Source: Lama guanicoe
Taxonomy: Eukaryota
Direction: 5' to 3'
Length of the DNA: 64,000 nucleotides
Assembly (NCBI GenBank): GCA_013239625.1
Contig: MU054908.1
Span: 12,536,005 to 12,600,004, forward strand
Positions 26,501 to 37,854 of this stretch are shown here, one piece after another. Under the pieces are notes generated by a model, which ran no database searches, had not been told where the DNA came from, and saw only the letters and a list, made by a program, of their open reading frames with translations. Position 1 is the first letter of the stretch; every line of letters begins with the position of its first letter. A program made the position numbers and the translations under genes.

Positions 26501-27223
26501 AGTTTATGAAATAAGTAAATTAAAGATTAGCAATAATGCTAACACAGCATCACTTAGGAAAGCTCACCTCCATATTATAATTTATTTTCCAACTTTATAA
26601 TTTATCTGAGAGGCTTTACATATTCATTCACTACATGTTTATGATCAATTCAAAATTATATAGATTATTCAACTATGTTTTTCTCTTAATCCAGCCCTTC
26701 AAACAATTAGATTTGCTTTGGGTTCTCCCAGAAAATAGAATTTAAGTTTTAGTGAAGTTCTTTCAACTCTAGACATCATGTCTAGACACCTTCAGTTTTG
26801 TGTTTCTGCACATATTAGGAACTTTGATGGTGCCTTGCGTCACATTTTGTATTTCTACCTGTCTGAGCCTCCCTAAACCTCACTCCTAGGAGGTGGCATT
26901 GTTTTTCCCTCCACATCCATGCCAGATAGAGCCTTTTGCTCCTTTAAGCCCACTGGAAAGCTGTTAATAATATCCAAACCAATTTACATGCTTTATTTCT
27001 CCGTTTCATCTAAGCCTTTTCTCAGGGAAGTCTACTTCCATTCATCCATCAGATGCTCATTTTGCGGGGGCGGGGAGTGATTTCTTTAATAAACATATTT
27101 TAAAAACAGGTCCTTTACCTCTGAGGAAATCAATGTTTTTATTTAATTTTTAAAAATGATTAATGTTACCAAATAAGGCTCCATCAAAGGGAAATGGTGG
27201 CCACCTGTCACACACTGTTGTGT

Positions 27224-27976
27224 AACCACATTTATCACAGTGAAACCTTGCTCTGGCTTTGCTCGCCCAGCTCACACTGAAACATTAGTGTGGGTCATGT
27301 TTTAATACTTAACTTGCATGTGTGTATCTGTGTGTGTGTTTTGGGCCATTTTCACTTTGTCCACACAGGATAAAAGAAATAATACATGTTTATTTTTTTC
27401 CCCGATTTGAGGTTGCTTTCGCTATTTTCTGAACCACATTTTTCATTTGAGTGCTATGTTCAATTCACTTTGATAAGAGATCATTCTCCTGTTTTCATAT
27501 CTCACTGCCAAAAGGGACTGCTGGTTATCTCTGATTGCAGGCAATTCGAACTTTAAGTAAGCCTGTCTTTATCAACTACTGTTTTAACAGCTGATTAATT
27601 AGTGCTGCGGAGATCCCGGGGAGACCTTTTATCTGAAGAGCAGTTCAACCATTAGCAAAGGAAACTTCCTTGTGCACCAGCAGCTCAGATAACAAGGTAA
27701 GATAATAGTTCACAGTCCTTCTCTGGCTAATGCAAACACAAGCACTCCCTCTTATCCCAACACAGAGGCCAGGGAGAAACGCTCAGCCAAACTCTCAAAA
27801 TTCACTGGCCGAAACTGGTCATTTTTGTGAGTACTTTTTAGACTAGCACCTTATAGTTATACAGAACACCTGGCACTTGGAAGTGCGAATGATATTGATG
27901 AGCTACTGGCTATTTGCAAGAGGAAATCAAGCCCCAGTAGGATTCAGCAAAGAGCATGGCAGGATTTGTCTTATCA
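27224..27976. promoter_or_regulatory. Candidate GATA/RUNX/ETS enhancer
   Basis: Eight WGATAA sites (27232, 27471, 27525, 27569, 27629, 27687, 27700, 27971); RUNX AACCACA (27224, 27432); inverted ETS cores aaggaaacttcctt (27658-27671); CTG-N7-AGATAA on the minus strand (27525-27540). Confidence 0.55.
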
Positions 27977-27989
27977 GTTGAGAGTTAGT

Positions 27990-28180
27990 CTGTGGGCCTG
28001 CAGCCAGCCCTCACGTGAGCATTTTACTCTCGGATGAGCCACTTACCCTCCCTGTAACTCAGTTGCCTTCTCTATAAAATGGAGCTAATAATAGTGCCTG
28101 GCATTATTGTGAATATTATTGGAGCCAAAGCGGCCAATGTTCTTAGAATTTGTCTGACACATGAAACTTCGATGTTATTA
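27990..28180 (+). mobile_element. MIR SINE
   Basis: ccacttaccctccctgtaactcagttgccttctctataaaatggagctaataatagtgcc. Confidence 0.7.
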
Positions 28181-28381
28181 CCAAGTTAGGAAAGATGCAA
28201 ATAGTTTAGGTTCTTCAAATCCTAATAGAATTAACCAGAGGTAATGAAATATAAGCAGACAAGATATGGGGCTGTGACTGGGCATAGACTATTAAAACTA
28301 TCACCACCTCCACCACTATAAATGACCTCTACCAGCAGCAACTATCTAATCATTACAATGGAAATTAATGTTATTCTGAGC

Positions 28382-28663
28382 ACAATACTCCTTCCCCTGG
28401 ATTGGCCTCCTACTAGTGCTGCTCTTATGGGCTTCCTACTACGAGCTAGGAATGTGGGTTTGACTCACTTGACTTTCTACCCCTTGGGATTTCCTCAAAG
28501 GCTCTGGCCCTTGTTCGGAACCTTTCTCTCCCATCACATTGTAAGAAGCAAGACCCTTGCCTCAGTCATGTTTGCACCCCGTCTCCTAACAAAGCTTAGC
28601 ACATAGTAGGAAGCCCATAAGAGTAGCACTGGTGGGAGGCCAATCCAGAGGGAGGAGTATTGT
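28382..28663. repeat. Inverted repeat: 60-bp arms (55/60 identical), 162-nt spacer, partly L2-derived
   Basis: 28382-28441 matches the reverse complement of 28604-28663 by manual alignment. Confidence 0.95.
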
Positions 28664-29294
28664 TGAAATTAATCAGTTCAGAATATTCACAAGAGTTGAT
28701 TAAAAGAAATTATTGTTACTGCTAAGAGATAGAATGTGATTTAACCAGACTGGAAAAGCCCTGTTTTGTTGGTTGAACAGATGAGAACAACTGAGACTAT
28801 TTCAAGGCTAAGTTAGAGAAAAGCCCAAGGCAGCCTTTGGAAAGAAGTGGAATAGGCCAAGCAAGTGTTAAGAACTAGAGGCTCGTCACATTTAAGAAAA
28901 GGCAGGATGTCATCTGTACTTAAGATTGTGTTTTTCCTTTATAAGACAGTGAACGGTCTATCAAGGTAAGTTAACAATGCTTTTCTGAATATAACTGCAA
29001 TTAATTTTAAATGTGAAACATCAAACCATTTTTGGAGAGCATAGATTCTAGTATAAACCGTGGCTACTTAATTTTTCTAAAACTAACTAGGAAATTCAAA
29101 ACCACTTTTCCTGCTAAATTTTTCAGAAGACCCACCTCTGGTCACCTCGTGGCAGACAGATCAAAGGAACTAATTGACCCCCTTAGGACATGTCCCCAAA
29201 CGTCAATCCCTCAGCTGAGAAGGAAATGTCACATCAATTATGAAGGAAAGTTGGCAGGACACTGGAATTAGGACTGGGCTATGGGACTTGAGGA

Positions 29295-29460
29295 ACTTGT
29301 TCAGCTATTGCATAAACATTTATGGCATACCTAACATGGACAAGGCCATGGGGGATACAGAGATGAGCCTCACGTGCCCTTTCCCTCCAGGGGTATCCAG
29401 TTACAGCATAAATAACAAGAAGGTGGAAGGTGTTGAGTGCCATAAAGGATGTGGCCGGTA
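29295..29460 (-). mobile_element. L2 LINE 3' fragment
   Basis: taaacatttatggcatacctaacatgg...ggggatacagagatgag. Confidence 0.65.
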
Positions 29461-29739
29461 AGGTGCTGGCGGAGCAGGTGATCTGTCCAGGAGCTGGAGT
29501 GCTGTCATTAACACTTTCCTTCTGTGGCTTTTCCTGAGGGTGAAAACAGAAGATGTCACACCAGATGAAAGTGTTTTCTAAGCAATACCAAGAATAAATA
29601 ATATATTGGTGAGAGTCTGTGTGTACAAAAGATGTGTCTTAACACAGAGGGTTTATTTGCTGAGCTACTATTGCAGCTATTAAATAAATCACATAGAATT
29701 CTATTTCACAAGGAAAAAAACCATTTTATATTACTAAGG

Positions 29740-29945
29740 TTTTCATGAATGAAAACAATTATTTGTATCTATGTGTTGGTGTGTAACAAACATTTAAAAG
29801 CACATATACCAAGAGGCCAAACTAACCGTGGTTACCACTGAGTGGTAGAATTACGAATGATTGTTTTCACTGAGAATTTCTATTTTCCAAGTTTTCTAAA
29901 CTATCATATATGACTTTTGTGTTAGCATTAAAAATAAATGAATTT
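29740..29945 (+). mobile_element. L1ME-type 3' end
   Basis: cacatataccaaga...taaccgtggttaccactgagtggtagaattacg...ttttccaagttttcta. Confidence 0.65.
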
Positions 29946-30602
29946 TGATAAAAGCTCACTATATCCATCCTTTCCAAAAATTGCATTCTCAGAGCCCACA
30001 GACTGGTCAATCAGTAGTAGCATTCCACTAGATTGCTTTCATTTGTTCTTGAGACAACTTCTCTGGATTGTCCTGCCGTCTTGGCTATGACAGTGACTGA
30101 ACCTAGCCTGGAAAAAGCCCTGCTTTGTTAGTTCTACCTCCATGTAACTTGAGTTTTTACCAGTGAATGTTTCTTATTTGGTTTCTCATGGGAATTTTTT
30201 CTCTTCACTCTGTTTAAATATTTGTCTGTTTATGTCATAGTTGCCTCTCTTATTTCCCCAGGGCACCCTGGGGATAACCAGGGTGTGGATGGTGATGGCC
30301 ATGGTGCTTGGCTATAGCTTCAGCCCAGGACTGCTCCCTGGAAGGTGAGCTCCCAGGGCTCATCCATTGGTGAGGGTCCTAGGTGGCTTGGTTCCTGGAA
30401 CACGTAGTGGTGATGACCTGCTTAACTGCTGTGGTCCTTCCCCCTTCCCCTCCCCATCTGTCCTCTCTCTTGCCTGACATGATTGTCACTACTTCTTTGG
30501 CCAAAGCTCCAACCATGGGAAGTTCTGAGAGGTCCTCAAAACTGGCAAGAGGTGGAGATTTCTTGGTTATTTGATCTTGTTCAGCCAACCATGAGTGGTC
30601 TG

Positions 30603-30776
30603 CAGAACCATCTTCATGGGCCTACAATCTGTATACACAGGGCTCCATGATTAGGAGGACCATGTTCTTAGCTCATTGCTCTGCTCTTGCTGTCTTAAAA
30701 TTCTTAATAAATATTGAACAAAGGACCCTGCATTTTCATTTTACACTAGGCCCTGCAAATTATGTAGCTGGTCCTG
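30603..30776. mobile_element. MER45A (hAT-Tip100) non-autonomous DNA transposon
   Basis: cagaaccatcttcatgggcc...gtcttaaaattcttaataa...cattttcattttacactaggccctgcaaattatgtagctggtcctg; degenerate 8-bp TSD gtggtctg/atggtttg. Confidence 0.85.
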
Positions 30777-30809
30777 ATGGTTTGAACTCCAGCTGGAGCC
30801 TTGTTTGGA

Positions 30810-31050
30810 GAGGCAGAGTGAAAAGAGCATGATATTTAAAGTCAGACAGTTCCATGTTTGAATTCCAGCTCTGCCACCAGCTGTGTGATCAAGTTGCTTC
30901 ATCTTTGAGTCTTAGTTTCCCCATCTGTAAAACAGGTATAGAGATACCTACTTTACAGAGCTGATGTTAGAGGTGAACATATGTGAAGCTTCTAATACAT
31001 TTTAGTCAATAGATACTACTACCATTATTATTATCATCATTATTTTTATT
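30810..31050 (+). mobile_element. MIR SINE
   Basis: ttccagctctgccaccagctgtgtgatc...cttagtttccccatctgtaaaa. Confidence 0.85.
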
Positions 31051-31721
31051 GAATAATTACAGCTTTAACAACTCTCCCCTCTTTGAGTTCTTGCTCTTTG
31101 AGTTTACCATTCACTTGATTAAGGAAACTTAAATTAGTTTATCTAATGCCCAGGCTGGGTGGTGTCCAGGTCGTCATCTAGTACAGTCTCATGCCAACCC
31201 TGAGTGTAGACTCAGCACGTCTCTCTGGCATCCTCCGCATGAAGGCTGGGGTAATCCTCCTCCTAGTTTTTCTGGAGTGTTGACCTAGGGGCTACCGAAA
31301 ACTTCCACATTTCCCTCCCCTCCTCCCCCAGGTGATAGGGAGTCCTTCTGCAAAACGAACTCCTGATGGGTAACTCCGAAATCCCTGGGGTTAGGGTACA
31401 ACTTCAGTCCCTTTCCTGTCCTAGCTCCATGAATGCTTTCAGGTCACACTTGATCTCAGATCTGCTTTTGTGCTGTTGCCTATATCTAAAGCTCCGGTGG
31501 CAAGACTACTTCCTTGTAGCTTATATGTAATAAGATCTCATCTGTTTCAGAATATTCATGTCATTGTTATGCCATTTGATCTTTGAAACTATACTAAGAA
31601 GGAGTTAGAATGATACCACCATTTTCTCAAAGAAGAGATTGAACACTAGCAAGATAAAGTGACTTATTCAAGGGTACCCAGCAAGCAGATGATAAGCTCA
31701 GTGTAGGGAGAATGTCAGTCT

Positions 31722-31910
31722 TATTCATTTAGTCAGTCATTCAGTAACTGTTCATTGACTATTGGGCTTCGCGACGGGGACACAAGGGTAACAAAAGAAG
31801 ACAATGCCCTTACCCTCATGCAGCTTATAGTGTGTTTGGGAGTCAGATGTTGAACAGATAATCGCAACAATAAATGTACGATTTCAGTTGTGATACATGC
31901 TGGGAGGAAG
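31722..31910 (-). mobile_element. L2 LINE 3' end
   Basis: attcatttagtcagtcattcag...ccttaccctcatgcagcttatagt. Confidence 0.75.
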
Positions 31911-32394
31911 AAGCCCCCAGAGCTAGGTTCTGACTGATCAAGAGGTTCCTCAATCAAGTTGCTTCTTTGATAAAAGCGAGACGCAACTCTGTGTTTACAA
32001 ACTTCCATTTCTTTGTCTCTTTATGTGATATTTTAGCTCTCTGAAAGCAAACCAACTTGTTTTATTGGGCAGATGTAAACAGCTTTAGAGACTTCTTTCC
32101 TTTTAGCCATTCTCAACACTAATGTTTTTCCAGGGGAGTGTGCTTTAGTAGAGTGATCTGAGTCACATGGGTCTCCCCAGGTAGCAGAAAATTGAGAACG
32201 ATGGGACTGCTCTGACCCTTGGGAATGACTTAACCATCAGAAAAGTTTGCCATCTTAATCTTGTGCACTTGTGCTAGAGCTCCCTGCCCCACGGCACTCA
32301 CCTACTGGGGCACAAAGGGAGGAGTAGGTACCCATCAGCATCACACCTGTTTCTGAGGACCCTCCTTGCTCATTCCATTCTGATCTTATTCTGC

Positions 32395-32725
32395 TATTTA
32401 TTTATTTATCAAAAAAAAAAGTGCAACCATTCCCTTGGGCACCATGTAGGACACTAGAGACAGAGTTGGATTATCTCCCTGGTCCCGGGATCCTATTGGT
32501 CAGACACGAAGCAAACACATGCTTGAAAATGTATTTGCAAAATGTGGAAGTTCTGTGAAGAAAAGAGACAGTTACTCAGGGAAAGGATAAGATGGGCCTT
32601 AATAAGGTCTCTTTGAAAAGAAGGTGATGATTGAGCTGAGATGCGAAGAATAAGATAGATTTCATGCAGATAAACCGAAAGGGTTTTCCAGGCAGAGAGA
32701 ACAGCATATGCAGAGACGTACAAAA
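32395..32725 (-). mobile_element. L2 LINE fragment
   Basis: gaaggtgatgattgagctgagatgcgaagaataag...ttccaggcagagagaacagcatatgcagag. Confidence 0.75.
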
Positions 32726-33689
32726 AATAGAGGGACAGAGAGACAGACAGATATGAAGTGCACCTGAAAAGGCAGTTATCGGTGGTATTTTACAAAAGCC
32801 TAAATCAAATGCCAACTAAATATCTTCATTCAAGGACAAAGGTACATTTTAGATATTTTAAAACTTCCTTTGGGTGTATGCAATTTAGCAGATGGCATCC
32901 TCACAATGGCCCGTGGTGCTGCAACAATCAGAAAGTTTCCTTTTATTTGGTTTTGCTTCCATTTATAAAGTGGCTTAAATGTTGAAGGCTGCCTTCCCCA
33001 CCTTTGGCCTATCCTTTTTTTTCCCCCCAGACCAATTTTGTGCTTTGTATTTGCAGTCCCGGCCTTTGAAACAGAACTTCTACTTTCTGTCACCACCTCG
33101 AGAGGGGAAGCTCTCCATTGCTCTCTGGATTGTCTGAAAGCTCCTATTCTGTCTGTACCAAGTGATGGCTTCTTTCTCTTGGCCAAGTGCATGTTACTTT
33201 AATGTGGTCCTGAGAGCAGTTTTATAATCTGAAGAATAAACAGATTGCTTGTCAAATTCTCTTTGTTCTATTGTGACCTACTAACATTTACACTGCTTTG
33301 CGGAAACACGAGGAAAGGGTTGGTTGCCTACATCAACTATTCCCATTGTAGGAGAATGTGATTATGCCGGCTTTCAGGCCAGGGGCTGGCACTCCCACAT
33401 CAAGGCCATAACCAACCCAAGACAGTGGGGCTGACTGCTCAGTTGTTATTCACAACTTTGAATCACTTTAGAAAATTTCTTTGAAAGAATGGATGCATGG
33501 ATGAGACTTATTTTTCATAAAAATTTCCTCCTCTAAAGCCACTGTTTGGGGACTCAGTTTTTTTCCCTTATTATATTCGGGTAAATGTTAAATATGCATT
33601 TCTGAGAATCCATGATTTTTTAAATTATAAAAGCCATGGACATGGAGAAGTGTTTCTTAGCGATAAAGGAAAGGCTTTTAGAAAATCCT

Positions 33690-33880
33690 CCAATGGCATT
33701 GAGAGGTCACGTAGTGCATTGCCCCATCTCAGCTTCATTCCCTCCTCTTTATAAACATTTCCAGCCTTGAAGACCTTCTGATGCAGCCCATTACATCTTT
33801 GGACAGCTCAGCTCATTAGGAAACTCTTCCTATCATGGAACCAGAGTCCACCTTTATTTTCTATCCATTGGCTGCACTCT
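33690..33880 (-). mobile_element. L3/CR1 fragment
   Basis: gcagcccattacatctttggacagctc...attaggaaactcttcctatcatggaaccagagtc. Confidence 0.6.
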
Positions 33881-35014
33881 CCTCTGCACAGGGCAGCACA
33901 GACACTTACTCTACTGAAATTATTGTTGAGGAAAGAATAGTGAACTCAATTTCTCCAGGCATCTGGTTTGAATTAGCTATTTCAGAAACCCTTTTCTCAT
34001 AACGGGCACCGAATTTCTTTATAATTAAAAAAACCCCACATTTTCACCTTACAAAAGCAAAAAATCCCAACACCTTAATGTAGAGAATGTTCCAATAGTG
34101 TCTTGTTCTAGGGAGGCAAGTTTCCCTCTAATGGCTTTAAGAAGAAAAACTAACATTTTTCTGAATATAGTGATTTGATTTTTTTTTCTTTCCATGATAG
34201 CATGTTGGAATTATAGGAAAATATGGGGACTTAGAATGTGCCGGAGTGAACAGTGAGACCCAATGATCTCTGCTATCTGCAGACTGGATGCCACCATGGC
34301 TTTGCCCTTTCTAACGCCCCACTTGCACAGTCCATCCCCAAAGAACCCGTGATTGCTGGTCCAAATAATTGCTGGGCTTAGCTGCCAGATTCATTCAGAA
34401 ATTGCTGGTATTGTCCTCTGTAAAATGATCTGTCCCTATGATCTCCTTCTCTTTTCAGCAAACCAGAATCCTGGATATAATTTGATCTTCATTATGGAGA
34501 GGGAAGCCGCATCAGATAATAGGAGACCCGAAGAGTTTAAGTAACAGAGGCTCAACCTCACGGTCCCCATCCGGCTCGGCTCCCCAGCCCAGGCTGTTGT
34601 TTGTGGATCAAGTTAATTTGATAGGACCTGGGGAAAGAATATTTCGAGTCCAAGACCTGAAGCTATGGGCTTTCCCTCTCTAAACACCCATCCACCAAAT
34701 CTACCGAAATCTTAGATTCACATCTCACAAAGGGAGATGCCAAGACTGCTTCTTTGCGCAAGTAATGCACCTCTCCCTGTAATGCCTGCCTCCAGAAACC
34801 TCCAGGTAGCAATTTGCCACATCCTCTGCGTTTGACAGAGGGCTAGGAATTAGAGGAGGTGTTTTGCTCTCCTGTCACTTGTCTCCTCACAGTATAATTA
34901 TCTGAGTTCCTAGGTGCTGCAGTGATACGTGAAGAAATCCAAAGAAGAAATACAATCTGTCTTCATTGTCTTTTGTCATTAGCCCTCGATTAAATATTTC
35001 TTACCCTGGGCTAA

Positions 35015-35215
35015 GGTAGCACGGGGTGGAACAAGCCATGGGCTCCAAACCAGAAGAGGTGAGTCCCAATCTCTCTTCCTCATATATTAGCTGTGTGTCT
35101 TTACTCACATCACTCACCCTCTCTGAGGTTTGATGTTTTCCTCTATAACACCAGAGGACAGACCAGATTACTTCTGAAATTCCTCCTGGGCTGATTTTTT
35201 TTTAAACTCTGTGAC
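35015..35215 (+). mobile_element. MIR/MIR3 SINE
   Basis: attagctgtgtgtctttactcacatcactcaccctctctgagg. Confidence 0.65.
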
Positions 35216-35764
35216 TATAATTTATACTCAAAACCATGATAGAAAAAGTACTCTAAATACTAAGTGCAGGCAGTTACAATCAGTTGCTGATGACCTGTTG
35301 AGCTTTCTTCCACAAGGTAATTTTTAATTTTGCCTGCCCATTTGAAATGTTAGGGAGGTGGCGGGAATTCAAGCAGTATTTTCTATGTAAACACAGTAAT
35401 CTTTTTGTTGTTGGGAGCACCTCAGGAAATATTTTGAAGCAAGCTATGTACTTCACAGTCTTTCTAATTAAATTCTGAGAAATTGACTTGCTTTATGGGC
35501 ATATTTCTCATCTGAGTGTGCCTAAAAAGCAGTGAGATTAGTTTCCAAAAGCCACACCCGAAGAAGTCTTGTCATGTGTCCTACTTCATGCCCTCCTTTC
35601 CAAAGGAAGGACATGTTTTAAGAATGGATAGAAATTTATAGGTCGTCTATTCCCTATACTCCTCCTCTTTTTGTTACCTACATAGAAAACAAGTAAGAAA
35701 ACAAACAAACAAAAATAAAAACAGACTTTCACAATTAAATCCAGGTCTTAAGTAATAATCTCAT

Positions 35765-35960
35765 TTTGTATTTGAATAGTGCTTTAAAATTAAAGTATTT
35801 TCACATAAATTATTTTACTAGCTTCTCCCATTGCCTTGGTGAAGTACAGAGGAGCACAGTATTATCCCCATTTTATAAGTCAAGAAACAAAAGCTCAGCA
35901 GTAAAACTTCTAAGAGAAAGGAGACATGGACCCTGGATCTTGGGCTGAAGCCCAAATGCC
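35765..35960 (-). mobile_element. MIR SINE
   Basis: gtattatccccattttataagtcaagaaacaaaagctcag. Confidence 0.65.
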
Positions 35961-37319
35961 ATCAAACGGTATTTCTTTCAGAGAAGACATTAGCATTTAG
36001 GGAACATGGCATTAATCTTGCCTTTCCTGAAATGAAGAGTCATCAGACAAATCTTAAAGGCAAAGTCCTAGGTCTCAGGTGGCTTGTGTCCCTTGCATGG
36101 CATCAAGCACCCATGGACCTTCCGTTTAAGGCGTTTTGAAGGGGATTGCTGATAATTATGACAGTGCCTAACAAACACAGCCTGTGGTATACACAGAGGA
36201 AACCACATTCAACGCTCTGAATGAGTGTCTAGAAATTCCATGCAACCAGCCTGGTAGATTTTCTAGGCTGCTGACAGTGACTAAAATCATTGTGTCCTTC
36301 CGAGGAGAAGATGCTGTTGTATAAAATACAGCTTTGATGCACTCAAATGACTAAAAACTTCGAGAATGGATCACCTTTTCCATGTGAATTTTAGGTTGGC
36401 AAATAAGTGACAGGTCCACAGGTTGCATAGGGTGGTTTGGGATCTCTCCCGTCTCCTAAGATCCCTGGACCCAAGTGGCAAGGTCAGGGTGGCAGTCACT
36501 TTTGAAGAGTTCACAGGTGTAATCCAACAGCCTAAAGAGCCACCTCCTGTCGTTTGAGTGACCCCAGCACCCCTCCTGCAGGTCACCATACACTTCCTCG
36601 CTTGAGGCTCCTGCACAATCCACGCAAGCTGTGAAACGATTCCTTTCCATGAAGCCCTGGAACAAAGGAGTTCACTCTGCTCTCTGGTAAGCCTTGCTGA
36701 GCTATCTAGAATTGTGGTTTGAGCACCACGGCCTTGAACCTTTGGCAAACAATATCATTTCTTTCAAATGAAGATAATAGCAAGCAGGGCTACTCTCGTT
36801 ATTACTTTCTCTTTCACTCTTTTTTTCTCTGTGGATGTTTCAAGGTTTTGGAGGCAGGAAAAAAAAAATCCAGGTTTGCAGGTCAGTAGTAACAACTTTG
36901 GACAAAACTTCTTCAATAAAGCTTCACACTATTTGATTTAGCCTATTTGAAAGCAGTAACTTGTAGAGACAAGTAACATCTTGCAAAACCTGTTGGCCGT
37001 TCAGCTTTGTCATCTGATTTCTTAAGGAAAATACCAAGTAGTTTTAGATTTTTAACACCCTCTGTTTCATGGTGCCTTAGCAAAGTAAAATATTTCAGGA
37101 AAGTTCAGTACTAGGAGAAACCCATGTTAAAGATTTAGTTAGTGAAAAGAGATATAATTCATAGGGCAGAGCTAGAAGTTACATGAATGGAGTCTGGACT
37201 TCACCATGAAATCGCTGAGTTTCAGAACCCCTCAAGTATCTTTGACTGGGAAAATTCGGGTTGATTTAATTTCTTGGAATGCATCAAACCGGTAAAGACT
37301 TGCGGTAAGACTATGTATC

Positions 37320-37630
37320 ATGGGCTCTTAGAGATCAGAGGGTCTTTATGTGCCTTTTAGTCCAAACTGCTATATGATACAGGAATCTCCTCTATAATGG
37401 CCCCGTCTCTGCTTGAACACCTCCAGTGACAGAGAGCTCATGCCTTCACGAGGCAGCTCTCTGTGGCGAATAATTTTAATTTTTGGAAATTTCTTCCTTG
37501 AGCTAGAGCTCACTTTTAACTCCCTTCTCTGTCTGGTCTCCAGAATATGGTGAATTAATTAATTTCCTCTTCCACTTGACATCACATTTGGAGACAAATG
37601 TAATAATAACCTTGAATACTTGCTTCTCTG
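37320..37630 (-). mobile_element. L3/CR1 3' fragment
   Basis: ctctgcttgaacacctccagtgacagagagctca...gaggcagc...ggaaatttcttcctt. Confidence 0.7.
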
Positions 37631-37689
37631 AGATAAAAACCCTCTAAAATAGAAAGTTGTCTCCTAGGCTCCCAGAACTTTGATTTAAA

Positions 37690-37835
37690 AAACAAAAAAT
37701 ATTTGGATAATTGGAGAGACTGTCAATGTTCTTGGTCAAGATTTAATATGTTAAAGGTGTCCTGTTTCCCTATAGGAATCTATAAATTCTATGTAATCCC
37801 AATCAATAAATATGTAAATTATAAACAATATGGGT
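37690..37835 (+). mobile_element. L1 ORF2 fragment (appears to continue at ~40125)
   Basis: aattggagagactgtcaatgttcttgg...aatctataaattctatgtaatcccaatcaa. Confidence 0.7.
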
Positions 37836-37854
37836 TTTTTTCTAGAGCTGTCAA

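Noticed and set aside
28382-28663. Known L2-derived miRNA (miR-28/151/708)
   Set aside because: No match to those mature sequences as I recall them, and a 162-nt loop is too large for a canonical pre-miRNA
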